This document shows positions 9,913 to 18,515 of a stretch of DNA of 64,000 bases, one piece after another (position 1 is the stretch's first letter; each line of letters starts with the position of its first letter). Below the pieces are notes generated by a model. It saw only the letters and a program-made list of their open reading frames with translations, did not search any database and was not told the DNA's origin. Made by a program: the position numbers and the translations under genes. This DNA comes from Acidilobaceae archaeon. Its GTDB lineage: Archaea > Thermoproteota > Thermoprotei_A > Sulfolobales > Acidilobaceae. The DNA lies in contig JALVZQ010000005.1 in assembly GCA_027037535.1 (NCBI GenBank), forward strand, positions 242,686 through 306,685. Reading direction: 5' to 3'.

Positions 9913-10617
9913 TTGGCTAAGAAGCAAGAACAAGCTAAGAATAAATCCATTTGCCTCGACGGCCCAACCGTATACCGCCTGCTAGAGAGTAAAGTTAGTA
10001 TAGATAGGAAGGATTTCGTCGTTCATGTGCCTGAAGCGGAGAAGGATCCTTTTCTAGCACTTGTAGCTATTATATTGAGCCAGAATACCAATGATAAGAA
10101 TAGTATTCGGGCTCTACGACGCCTTCTCTCTATCGGGTCTACTCCGGAGGACTTTCTCCGTGTTGGCGTTGAAAAAATAATGGATGCTATCCGTATATCC
10201 GGTGGTTATAGGAGAAAGGCTGAGACTATTCTTATGTTATCGAAGTTCTTGGTGGAGAAGGGGGGCACACGATACCTTGTTGAAACAGATCCTGAACTCT
10301 TGCGAGAGGAACTGTCTAAGATTAAAGGAATAGGGCCTAAGACGGTAGATGTATTTTTATCATTTTATCGCGGAGTCCGTGTGTTTCCTGTAGATACTCA
10401 TGCACGGAGGATTGCATGGAGATGGGGTCTAGTCAGCAAGCCTTCCGTATCGTATAAACTTGTGTCTTCTAGTCTAGCAGGTTTTTTCGGTGATACGGTT
10501 GATTATGAGAAAGCACACAAGCTAATTATATCGTTTGGTAGATCGATTTGTAGAGCCCGGAATCCAAGGTGCGAGATATGTCCGTTGAAGGAATGTTGTC
10601 CAAGTGCCCGAAGCTAG
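9913..10617 (+). CDS. nth: endonuclease III-like HhH-GPD DNA glycosylase with 4Fe-4S loop
   Basis: ILSQNTND, HhH GIGPKTVDVFL, VDTH, and C-terminal CRARNPRCEICPLKECC. Confidence 0.8.
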   Translation: MAKKQEQAKNKSICLDGPTVYRLLESKVSIDRKDFVVHVPEAEKDPFLALVAIILSQNTNDKNSIRALRRLLSIGSTPEDFLRVGVEKIMDAIRISGGYRRKAETILMLSKFLVEKGGTRYLVETDPELLREELSKIKGIGPKTVDVFLSFYRGVRVFPVDTHARRIAWRWGLVSKPSVSYKLVSSSLAGFFGDTVDYEKAHKLIISFGRSICRARNPRCEICPLKECCPSARS

Positions 10618-10619
10618 TG

Positions 10620-11114
10620 ATGGTGGCTAAGGAGGGAAGAGAATACTGGGCTCTTGAAGAATTGTACGATGTATTGGCTGTTGTTGATAATTATGAAGTT
10701 AGTAAAGTCGCTAGGGGAGTATTCGCAGTCTATACTGGTTCTAGTATTGAGATACTTCTCGACATTGTGAGGAGCTATGAGTATTCGTTTATCAGGCATC
10801 TTTTCTTTATTGACGAATGTGTTTCCTGTAGTGGATTAGGAGACAATCTAAGAAGCTATATGGAGAGACGTTGTGACTCTCCGTTAAGGGTGAAGTTTCG
10901 CCTCAAGCTGAGAAGTGGTTGTCGGGAGACTATAGGTAGAAGCAAGGTAGAAGAGATTATCAGGAGTTCTGGATGCATAGCCTCGCGTAGAGGTTCATAT
11001 ATGCTTGTTATCGAGTCTGTGTCCTCGAATTCTGTTGGTCTTGTTTTTGGCTGTATTCGGTCTTGTAATTATGGTTGTCAACTCGTGATACCTTTGTCTG
11101 TGTGTGAGGGGTGA
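10620..11114 (+). CDS. hypothetical protein
   Basis: Open frame directly after nth (ATG 10620). Cys-rich, no motif recognised. Confidence 0.3.
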   Translation: MVAKEGREYWALEELYDVLAVVDNYEVSKVARGVFAVYTGSSIEILLDIVRSYEYSFIRHLFFIDECVSCSGLGDNLRSYMERRCDSPLRVKFRLKLRSGCRETIGRSKVEEIIRSSGCIASRRGSYMLVIESVSSNSVGLVFGCIRSCNYGCQLVIPLSVCEG

Positions 11115-11193
11115 TTTTGTATATGTGTATATTTTTATGGTATTACGAATATATCCACTAAATAGCTGAAAAAATATCCATAGCTAGACGGAA

Positions 11194-12411
11194 GTGAAGA
11201 ACATGCCATCTATCATAAGGAACCCAATGACGTTCGATGAAACATACATACCCCCGCAACTTCATATACGAGACAAAGAAGCAGAATTCCTACTCAAACG
11301 TTATATGATGAAACTCTCAACAAACACGAGCTCCTCGGACATAACACTAATCTATGGCTCTATAGGACGAGTAGGAATAGGAAAAACCACGCTAGCAAAA
11401 TACGTAGGCAACAAGCTAAAAGAATTCGCACACATGCGTGGAATCAACTTCGCAGTAGCCTACGTTAACCTCTACACTGTTCCCTCCATACTAGAAATAC
11501 TCACAGTGCTAGCCTCACAAGTAGCCCCAAAACTATCTGTAAGAGGATCCTCCCCGCTCGAAGCACTGAAAGCAATAGTAGACACACTTTATAGACGCGA
11601 CCTCTACCTGTTAGTCATACTCGACGAGTTCCAACAACTCATAAAATCCCCGAGAGTAGACGAGGAACAACTCTATATCCTCCTACGAATACATGAACAA
11701 GTCCCCTCACCAGATAATACAAACAGAATAAACTATCTACTAGTAGCACAAGACTTCACTGTTCTAAGCTATCTAAAAGAGAAACTACCACAAGTAGAGT
11801 CCCAGATAGGACTAAGACTACACTTGAAACCTTATACGACCGAGGAGCTCTACACGATACTAGAGCAACGAGCACAGCAAGGCTTATACCCTGGCGTATG
11901 GGATCCAGACCTTCTCTGGACAATAGCAGAGTTCTACGGAGTAGACGGCAATGGACGGCCGGAGGGAAGCGCTAGAAAAGCAATAATAGCGTTAAGAATA
12001 GCGGCCGAAACAGCTGAGGCCATGGGGGATCACCGGATAACAGAAGACCACGTTAGGTTTGCGCTGTCCCAAGACGCAGTCGCAAATATAAATGAGGCAC
12101 AGCTAAGGTCGCTCCAGAAACACGAGCTTCTACTATTATTAGCTATAGCAATGATTAGCAGAGATAAAAAGTCGTATGCGACAACGGGAGAGGTCCGGGA
12201 AAAATACGAGTATCTCGCACGGATCTATGGTGAGAACCCTAGAGGACACACACAGTTCAACCTATATATGAAGAAACTAGATGCTATAGGACTAATAGAG
12301 GCAAAGCCAAGCGGTAAAGGTATGCGGGGAAGAACAACACTCCTCAGACTGGCTCCCGATATACCCGCCCAGCACCTCGTAGAGTTGCTGGAGAAAATCC
12401 TTATGGGCTAG
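11194..12411 (+). CDS. orc1: Orc1/Cdc6 replication initiator
   Basis: AAA+ Walker A GRVGIGKTT, Walker B LVILDEFQ, and a C-terminal winged-helix region. Confidence 0.9.
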   Translation: MKNMPSIIRNPMTFDETYIPPQLHIRDKEAEFLLKRYMMKLSTNTSSSDITLIYGSIGRVGIGKTTLAKYVGNKLKEFAHMRGINFAVAYVNLYTVPSILEILTVLASQVAPKLSVRGSSPLEALKAIVDTLYRRDLYLLVILDEFQQLIKSPRVDEEQLYILLRIHEQVPSPDNTNRINYLLVAQDFTVLSYLKEKLPQVESQIGLRLHLKPYTTEELYTILEQRAQQGLYPGVWDPDLLWTIAEFYGVDGNGRPEGSARKAIIALRIAAETAEAMGDHRITEDHVRFALSQDAVANINEAQLRSLQKHELLLLLAIAMISRDKKSYATTGEVREKYEYLARIYGENPRGHTQFNLYMKKLDAIGLIEAKPSGKGMRGRTTLLRLAPDIPAQHLVELLEKILMG

Positions 12412-12424
12412 GAGGATCCGTGGA

Positions 12425-12685
12425 TTGGATCTCGAGAAGCTCTGTAGTCCTGGCAGGATAAGAATACTAAGATACCTGCTAGAAGAAGGACAGGCCAATG
12501 TAACAAGAATAGTTCGAGAAACAGGTCTCCACCACAAACAGGTACAGTATCATATAAAGGTTCTAGAGGAGCTAGGCATAGTCGAAGAAAGAAAATATGG
12601 GAGGCTGAGAGTCTATGTCGCGAACCTAACAGATCCTCGCGTAGCCGCACTTAGAGATATCCTACGCGAACTCGAAAGCCTTTGA
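12425..12685 (+). CDS. winged-helix (ArsR-like) transcription regulator
   Basis: RIRILRYLLEEGQANVTRIVRETGLHHKQVQYHIKVLEELGIV helix-turn-helix pattern. Confidence 0.6.
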   Translation: MDLEKLCSPGRIRILRYLLEEGQANVTRIVRETGLHHKQVQYHIKVLEELGIVEERKYGRLRVYVANLTDPRVAALRDILRELESL

Positions 12686-12741
12686 GCGCAAGATCTATTT
12701 CCTAGCCAATAACCCTAGAGGATTATCTTGGTGGCTATCCT

Positions 12742-13194
12742 ATGGCTTCTGGCAATGTTAGAATGATAGATATAGTTGAGAAGAAACCTGTGTATCGTGA
12801 AGCTATAGCGGAAGGACGCATAATACTCAAGCCCTCTACTGTTAAACTTGTAATGGAGGGAAAGGTCGAGAAAGGAGACGTCGAGTCCGTTGCATCTGTC
12901 GCAGCTATATTAGCGGTCAAAAAGACTCCAGAACTAGTACCATTGTGTCATCCCATACCTATTCACGGTGTAAGAGTAGAATTCTTCTATAACGATGATT
13001 CTATAATAGTGAGGGTTAGGGTCAAGACGAAGGCTGAGACAGGCGTTGAAATGGAGGCACTAGCAGGTGTATCTGCCGCTCTCCTAGCGATATGGGACAT
13101 GGTTAAGAAATATGAGAAGGATGAGGCGGGACAGTATCCTGTAACGAGGATTACTGATATACGCGTTGTTAGTAAAATAAAGGGTTCTAGTTAG
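12742..13194 (+). CDS. moaC: cyclic pyranopterin monophosphate synthase
   Basis: PLCHPIP and KTGVEMEALAGVSAALLAIWDMVK blocks. Confidence 0.9.
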   Translation: MASGNVRMIDIVEKKPVYREAIAEGRIILKPSTVKLVMEGKVEKGDVESVASVAAILAVKKTPELVPLCHPIPIHGVRVEFFYNDDSIIVRVRVKTKAETGVEMEALAGVSAALLAIWDMVKKYEKDEAGQYPVTRITDIRVVSKIKGSS

Positions 13195-14603
13195 CCGAAG
13201 AACATGTCTAGCGTCTTTCCTTTTCTCTCTTGTTTCTTCTTTTTTGAGGCTCGTTTTTGTTCACGTGGAGCTTCCCTTGCCTCTCCACGTTCTGGTTCTC
13301 GTGGTATACGTCTTGTTCGCTTTATTTTTTCTGCAAGCTCTATGATTTCTTCGGCTTTATTGCCTGCCAGGTATTTTACTTCTTCTTTTGTTAGCTCGTA
13401 TCCTAGTACGAGGCGCGCGGGATATGTTAGGTCTTTACTATATCTGAATATTGTTTGTAGTATTGGAAGTATATCGTTCTTCACGGTCGATTTTGAGACT
13501 AGCAGGCGGCTTGCTAGTTTCTGAGCTAGTGATTCCCTGATTTGCCGTACTTCCCTTAGTGAGGCCATGAGTTTTATCCGCTCGGGATAAGAGTATCTTA
13601 GCTTCAGAATGCTTCCTTCTTTCCGGGCGTATGTTATTCCTGGACCGATCAGGTCGAAAACGTAGCTTAGTAGGCTCCAGTATCCCTTGAACTTGGCCCT
13701 TGATAGGAATAGAGATGCACGTGACAGAGCATCATATGCCCTGTGCAGGTCCCCGGGCTCCTCATATTTACGTGGAATATTATCATTTATCCAAGCCATA
13801 AGCGTCTCATAGTCTTCCTCGCTATTTGTTACTGCGCGTTTCGCCATCCATGCCGCTTTCGCATAGAATACTTGGTTAAGCGTCCTCCAGATATCGCTCT
13901 TTTTCTCTCGCCCCCTAAGTATAGCTCTTGCGAGAGCCAGGGTTACTTTCCCGTATCCTTCGGCGATAGCTTCCAGATCGTTTATCGCTGCTCGCAGGTC
14001 TCCTTGGCTTAGCTGTGCTATTAATCGTAGGGCCTCTCTCTCGCACTCTAATCGTTCTTTCTCACATATACGTTGTAGGACGCCGATTATCTGGGTCGTA
14101 CTTAATTGCTTGAATTGTACTAGGAGCACCTTGTCTCGTAGTGGCCGTAGCTGGTCTTTCCATGGGTCATTGGCCGTCATTATTATCGGGTTATTGGTTT
14201 CTGGGATTATTTTCAGGAGTTCTTGTAGTCCTCCTGCATCTTCTCTCGTGGCGACGCCGTCTATCTCGTCTAGGAGTATTATTATTCCTTTACCGAAGAG
14301 TGCTTTCTTAAATGCGGCGACTCCTACTGTTCTCCTAATGGCGTACGCGCTTCTATAGTCGCTGGCGTTGAGCTCTAGTAGTTCAAAGTTGTATTCTCTT
14401 GCTAGTGCTTCTACTAGGCTGGTTTTTCCTACTCCAGGTGGGCCGTATAATAGTGCTGCTCTCTTGGCTGGCTTTTTTCCTGAAGCCCATGCAGAGAGCC
14501 AGGTTGTGAGCAGTCTCTTAGCTTCTTCTTGGTTTACTACTTCCTCTACTGTCCTCGGCCTATATTTTATTATCCAGGGTATTTTCTTGTGGTGTTTGAT
14601 CAA
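13191..14603 (-). CDS. rfcL: replication factor C large subunit
   Basis: WIIKYRP, GPPGVGKTS, ILLDEIDG, and a basic K/R/E tail. Overlaps rfcS by 4 nt. Confidence 0.9.
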   Translation of the reverse strand: MIKHHKKIPWIIKYRPRTVEEVVNQEEAKRLLTTWLSAWASGKKPAKRAALLYGPPGVGKTSLVEALAREYNFELLELNASDYRSAYAIRRTVGVAAFKKALFGKGIIILLDEIDGVATREDAGGLQELLKIIPETNNPIIMTANDPWKDQLRPLRDKVLLVQFKQLSTTQIIGVLQRICEKERLECEREALRLIAQLSQGDLRAAINDLEAIAEGYGKVTLALARAILRGREKKSDIWRTLNQVFYAKAAWMAKRAVTNSEEDYETLMAWINDNIPRKYEEPGDLHRAYDALSRASLFLSRAKFKGYWSLLSYVFDLIGPGITYARKEGSILKLRYSYPERIKLMASLREVRQIRESLAQKLASRLLVSKSTVKNDILPILQTIFRYSKDLTYPARLVLGYELTKEEVKYLAGNKAEEIIELAEKIKRTRRIPREPERGEAREAPREQKRASKKKKQERKGKTLDMFFG

Positions 14604-15583
14604 CCTGATACACCTAGCTTTCTCCCTACTAGCGACATCCAGGCTAGTAGGGCGCTTAGCTGGATGTCGTCGTCGCTGCCTTCGACGAGTCTAAAGTGTA
14701 TTTCTCCTATGTAGTCTGCGATTAGTATTCTGAGGTCTTCTGGGACGTCTATCTCGTTGCTGAATATTTCTCTGTGTATTTGTTTAACTATGTCTTCTCC
14801 GCTTAGCCCGTACTCGATCATTAGTTTTCTGAGAAGGGCTCTTGCCCCTGTGAAGTCTCCGTTCAATGCTGTCTTTATCATTTGTCTTACTTCTTTTGGC
14901 TTGGCCATTCCTACTACTTTGAACACTGTTTCTACAGTTACTTTGCCCAGTGCCGCGGCTGCTTGGAGAACGTTGATTGCTTTTCTCATGTCTCCTTCGC
15001 TTATCTCGTATATTGTTTCCAGTGCTTCTGGATCGTATTCTACTCCTTCGTTGTCCGCTATGTATTTGAGTCTGCCTACTATATCGTCTTTCTTCAGCGG
15101 CTGGAATCTGAAGAACGCGCATCTGCTCTGGATAGGATCTATAATCTTTGAAGGATAGTTGGCTATTAGAATGAATCTTGTGGATACCGAGTATAGCTCC
15201 ATAAGCCTCCTAAGGGCTTGCTGTGCGTCTGCCGTCATGTTGTCTGCTTCGTCTAACAGTATTATCTTGAATGGAATATCGGGGGGAGTACGGCTTCGGG
15301 CGAATTCCTTGACCTTTTCTCTTATAACACCGATTCCTCTTTCATCGCTCGCGTTTAGTTCTAACATGTATTGCCTGTAGTATTCTCCGTAGAGATCGTG
15401 TGCGAGCGCGTGGGCAGCCGTCGTTTTACCTGTTCCGGCTGGTCCTGCGAATAGTAGATGAGGCATGTTCTTGTTCTTTACGAATGTTTTGAGCCTGTTT
15501 ACTATTTCTTCCTGGTTAACTATCTCGTCTAGGCTCCTAGGCCTATACTTCTCTACCCAGAGGATATCGAACGCGGTGCTCAA
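14600..15583 (-). CDS. rfcS: replication factor C small subunit
   Basis: WVEKYRP, GPAGTGKTT, ILLDEADNMT, and SRC motif QSRCAFFRF. Confidence 0.95.
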   Translation of the reverse strand: MSTAFDILWVEKYRPRSLDEIVNQEEIVNRLKTFVKNKNMPHLLFAGPAGTGKTTAAHALAHDLYGEYYRQYMLELNASDERGIGVIREKVKEFARSRTPPDIPFKIILLDEADNMTADAQQALRRLMELYSVSTRFILIANYPSKIIDPIQSRCAFFRFQPLKKDDIVGRLKYIADNEGVEYDPEALETIYEISEGDMRKAINVLQAAAALGKVTVETVFKVVGMAKPKEVRQMIKTALNGDFTGARALLRKLMIEYGLSGEDIVKQIHREIFSNEIDVPEDLRILIADYIGEIHFRLVEGSDDDIQLSALLAWMSLVGRKLGVSG

Positions 15584-15651
15584 ACTTCTCCACCTTCACA
15601 TAGTTCAAATTATTCCTCTTCCCTCCACTCTATCTATTGTAAGTATTCCAT

Positions 15652-15686
15652 CTAATAATAGACTAGTCTCCCAGGTCTATTATTAG
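15652..15686. repeat. perfect 12-bp inverted repeat (CTAATAATAGAC / GTCTATTATTAG, 11-nt spacer) in the divergent rfcS-gins intergenic region
   Basis: Read directly; the arms are 15652-15663 and 15675-15686. The centre also contains the palindrome GACTAGTC. Confidence 0.8.
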
Positions 15687-15783
15687 TGTACAGATACGGC
15701 TCCTTAATGGATAGTTACGGTTGGGTCTCTCCCTTTCACCTTATCAGTGCCGGCTACACTAAACACTATGTGGTGCCGGACTC

Positions 15784-16341
15784 TTGGATATCGATCTACA
15801 ACTAGAACTAATATCAATAGACTACCAGTCAAGGCTAGTCAGAGTAATAATTCTTTCAAACATAGAGAACCCTATCCCCACCCCAGCCGGCCTTATACGC
15901 GTCAGGAAAGGCGACGAACTAGACCTTCCAAGATGGCAGGCAAAGCTTCTAGAAGAAAAAGGAATAGTGGAGATAAAGGACCAGGATCTAGATCTGGATA
16001 CAATAAACATGTTTCATTATAAGGAGAAAAGAAAAACCGCAGCCAACCAGATCGTTCCACTTCCCCAAGACTTCTATCCGAAGTCCTTCGAACTAGTTAA
16101 GAAACTAGATGAATTGATTAGAGAAAATCCTAGCCGCATGTTTGTAAAAGACAGAGAAATACTAGAGAAGAATCTAAGCGAGCTGGCCGAGGCACGGCTA
16201 ATGAAGATAATACGTCTCGCTACCACGGATGAGGGCGGGCTAAGAGATAGACTAACGCCGGAGGAAACAGTTGTCTTCGACAGGCTACATAGCGTGATAA
16301 GTGCGTGGAGACGCTACGTTAAGAAGCCCTTCCAGAGGTGA
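15784..16341 (+). CDS. gins23: GINS subunit (Gins23-type, B-domain then A-domain)
   Basis: 185 aa with a small N-terminal beta domain followed by a helical domain. Overlaps the mcm start by 4 nt, as in other crenarchaeal gins23-mcm operons. Confidence 0.65.
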   Translation: MDIDLQLELISIDYQSRLVRVIILSNIENPIPTPAGLIRVRKGDELDLPRWQAKLLEEKGIVEIKDQDLDLDTINMFHYKEKRKTAANQIVPLPQDFYPKSFELVKKLDELIRENPSRMFVKDREILEKNLSELAEARLMKIIRLATTDEGGLRDRLTPEETVVFDRLHSVISAWRRYVKKPFQR

Positions 16342-18440
16342 AGGCATTGGGTCTTGAATCACTAGACATCCCGGGTGAGGAGACTCTAGAATACAAGGAT
16401 AGGTTCATAGACTTCATAAGGAACTACAGGGATAGTAGTGGGAGATTCAAGTATATGGATAGGCTAAGGCGCATGATGAATTTCGATCTACGTAGCCTCG
16501 CAGTAGACTACGCGGATCTCTATAGGTACGATACGGATCTCGCCGAGGCTTTAATAGATAAGCCCCATCAAGTCCTCCGAGACGCCTCCGAGGCCGTCAA
16601 GGAAATAATCCTCTTGGAGAATCCAGAGTACGCTGAGAGAAAAAGGAAATTTGTTGTAAGAATCTATGGATTATTCGAGACAGTCAAGATACGAGACTTG
16701 AGAAGCGACCATATAGGTAAGCTAGTCCAGGTAGAAGGAATCGTCACCCGAATGCATCCTATTAGGAGTCGTATGGTCAAAGCCGTCTTCAGACACGAGA
16801 AGTGTGGAGCAGAATTCGAGTGGCCTCCAGGAGAGGAGACCGTCGGCGACACAATAGAGAAGCCGAGCATATGTCCTGTCTGCGGTGAAGGAGGAGGCAA
16901 ATTCGTCCTGCTCAAGGACAAGTCAAAATACATAGATTGGCAGAAGATAATGCTCCAAGAGCGTCCGGAAGACGTTCCCGGAGGCCAGATGCCTAGGAGC
17001 ATAGAGGTTCAGTTGACAGAAGACCTAGTAGATTCTTCTAGGCCTGGGGACAGGATAACTATCGTGGGAATACCTAGTATTCATCAGACCAGTGGTAGGA
17101 GCCCTCTCTTCGAGCTCTATATCGATGCAAATAGTATAAAGATCTCGGAAAAAGTCCTCGAAGAAATAAGCATAACAAGAGAAGACGAGGAAAAAATAAA
17201 GGACCTCGCGAAGGACCCATGGATAAGAGAGAAGATAATTGCAAGCATAGCACCCAGCATCTACGGACAATGGGATCTAAAAGAAGCTATAGCACTCCTC
17301 CTGTTCGGCGGAGTACCCAAGATAATGCCGGATGGAACCAAGATCAGGGGAGACATCCACGTATTATTCGTCGGAGACCCTGGAATGGCGAAGAGCCAGC
17401 TACTACAATCCGCGGCCAGGATAGCTCCCCGCGCAGTCTACACGAGCGGTAAGGGAAGCACCGCGGCTGGCCTCACCGCGGCTGTTGTAAAGGATCCTAA
17501 GACAGGCGAGTACTTCCTGGAGGCTGGAGCACTAGTCCTCGCCGATGGAGGCGTAGCCGTGATAGACGAGATAGATAAGATGCGGCCTGACGATCGAGTC
17601 GCAATACACGAGGCGATGGAGCAACAAGTGATAAGTATCTCTAAAGCCGGTATCGTCGCTAGGCTAAATGCCAGGGCAAGCGTTCTAGCCGCTGGAAACC
17701 CCAAGTTCGGCATCTATCTACCGGGGAAAAACTTTGTTGAAAACGTTGATCTCCCACCAACCATAATCTCCCGATTCGACCTTATATTCGTGGTAAGAGA
17801 CATAATCGATAAGAAAAGAGATTCTATGCTAGCCACATATGTACTAGAAGCCCACAGTAACACGGAGAGGTTCAGGCCCGAAATAGACCTCATGCTCCTC
17901 AAAAAATACATCATATACGCAAAAAGATACATACGGCCCAGGCTCACGCCTTCTGCTAAGAAGCTAATCAAGGAATTCTTCGTCAGCCTAAGAGGCATCG
18001 CCACGCCACTAGACCAGGACCAAAAACAAATCAAGAGCATACCAATAACCGCTAGACAGCTCGAAGCAATTATCAGGCTAGCCGAAGCCCACGCAAAGAT
18101 GGCGCTAAAAGACGAAGTCACCGAAGAAGACGCTTCGGAAGCCATAAGGATAACACTATCCTTCCTCCAGAGCGTAGGCTATGATACAGAAACAGGCACC
18201 ATAGACTCGTCAATAATAATGACGGGAAAGAGCCTATCCACAATAAGACTAATATCCATAATCACCGACACAATAAAGAAACTAAAACACGATAAACCAT
18301 GCGTCAAAGAAGAAGAAATAATCAACGAGATACAGAAAGAACACAAGATAAAAGAAGCAAGAATAAAAGAAGCACTAGAAAAAATGCACAGAGACGGCAT
18401 AGTATACTCGCCTAAATCCGGATGCTACAACGTCACATAA
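16338..18440 (+). CDS. mcm: MCM replicative helicase
   Basis: Zn motif CPVCG, Walker A GDPGMAKSQ, Walker B VAVIDEIDKM, arginine finger SRFDLIF. Confidence 0.95.
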   Translation: MKALGLESLDIPGEETLEYKDRFIDFIRNYRDSSGRFKYMDRLRRMMNFDLRSLAVDYADLYRYDTDLAEALIDKPHQVLRDASEAVKEIILLENPEYAERKRKFVVRIYGLFETVKIRDLRSDHIGKLVQVEGIVTRMHPIRSRMVKAVFRHEKCGAEFEWPPGEETVGDTIEKPSICPVCGEGGGKFVLLKDKSKYIDWQKIMLQERPEDVPGGQMPRSIEVQLTEDLVDSSRPGDRITIVGIPSIHQTSGRSPLFELYIDANSIKISEKVLEEISITREDEEKIKDLAKDPWIREKIIASIAPSIYGQWDLKEAIALLLFGGVPKIMPDGTKIRGDIHVLFVGDPGMAKSQLLQSAARIAPRAVYTSGKGSTAAGLTAAVVKDPKTGEYFLEAGALVLADGGVAVIDEIDKMRPDDRVAIHEAMEQQVISISKAGIVARLNARASVLAAGNPKFGIYLPGKNFVENVDLPPTIISRFDLIFVVRDIIDKKRDSMLATYVLEAHSNTERFRPEIDLMLLKKYIIYAKRYIRPRLTPSAKKLIKEFFVSLRGIATPLDQDQKQIKSIPITARQLEAIIRLAEAHAKMALKDEVTEEDASEAIRITLSFLQSVGYDTETGTIDSSIIMTGKSLSTIRLISIITDTIKKLKHDKPCVKEEEIINEIQKEHKIKEARIKEALEKMHRDGIVYSPKSGCYNVT

Positions 18441-18515
18441 TCCAACAAGCCACATTATAAACCAACAAATAAGGAAACACAATGATAACAATACGATGAA
18501 GGGGCTACAGAAGAA

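Noticed and set aside
11115-11193. Replication origin directly upstream of orc1/cdc6
   Set aside because: The intergenic region is only about 80 nt. It is AT-rich with two ATATCCA(C/T) half-matches, but I could not find repeated ORB or mini-ORB elements. It is mentioned only as something to test.
13204-18400. Numerous 60-140-aa ORFs antisense to or out of frame within rfcL, rfcS and mcm (for example 14757-15158, 14784-15122, 16664-17002, 17714-18145)
   Set aside because: They are embedded in genes with unambiguous motif support on the other frame or strand, and they have low-complexity Ser/Leu/Arg-rich translations.
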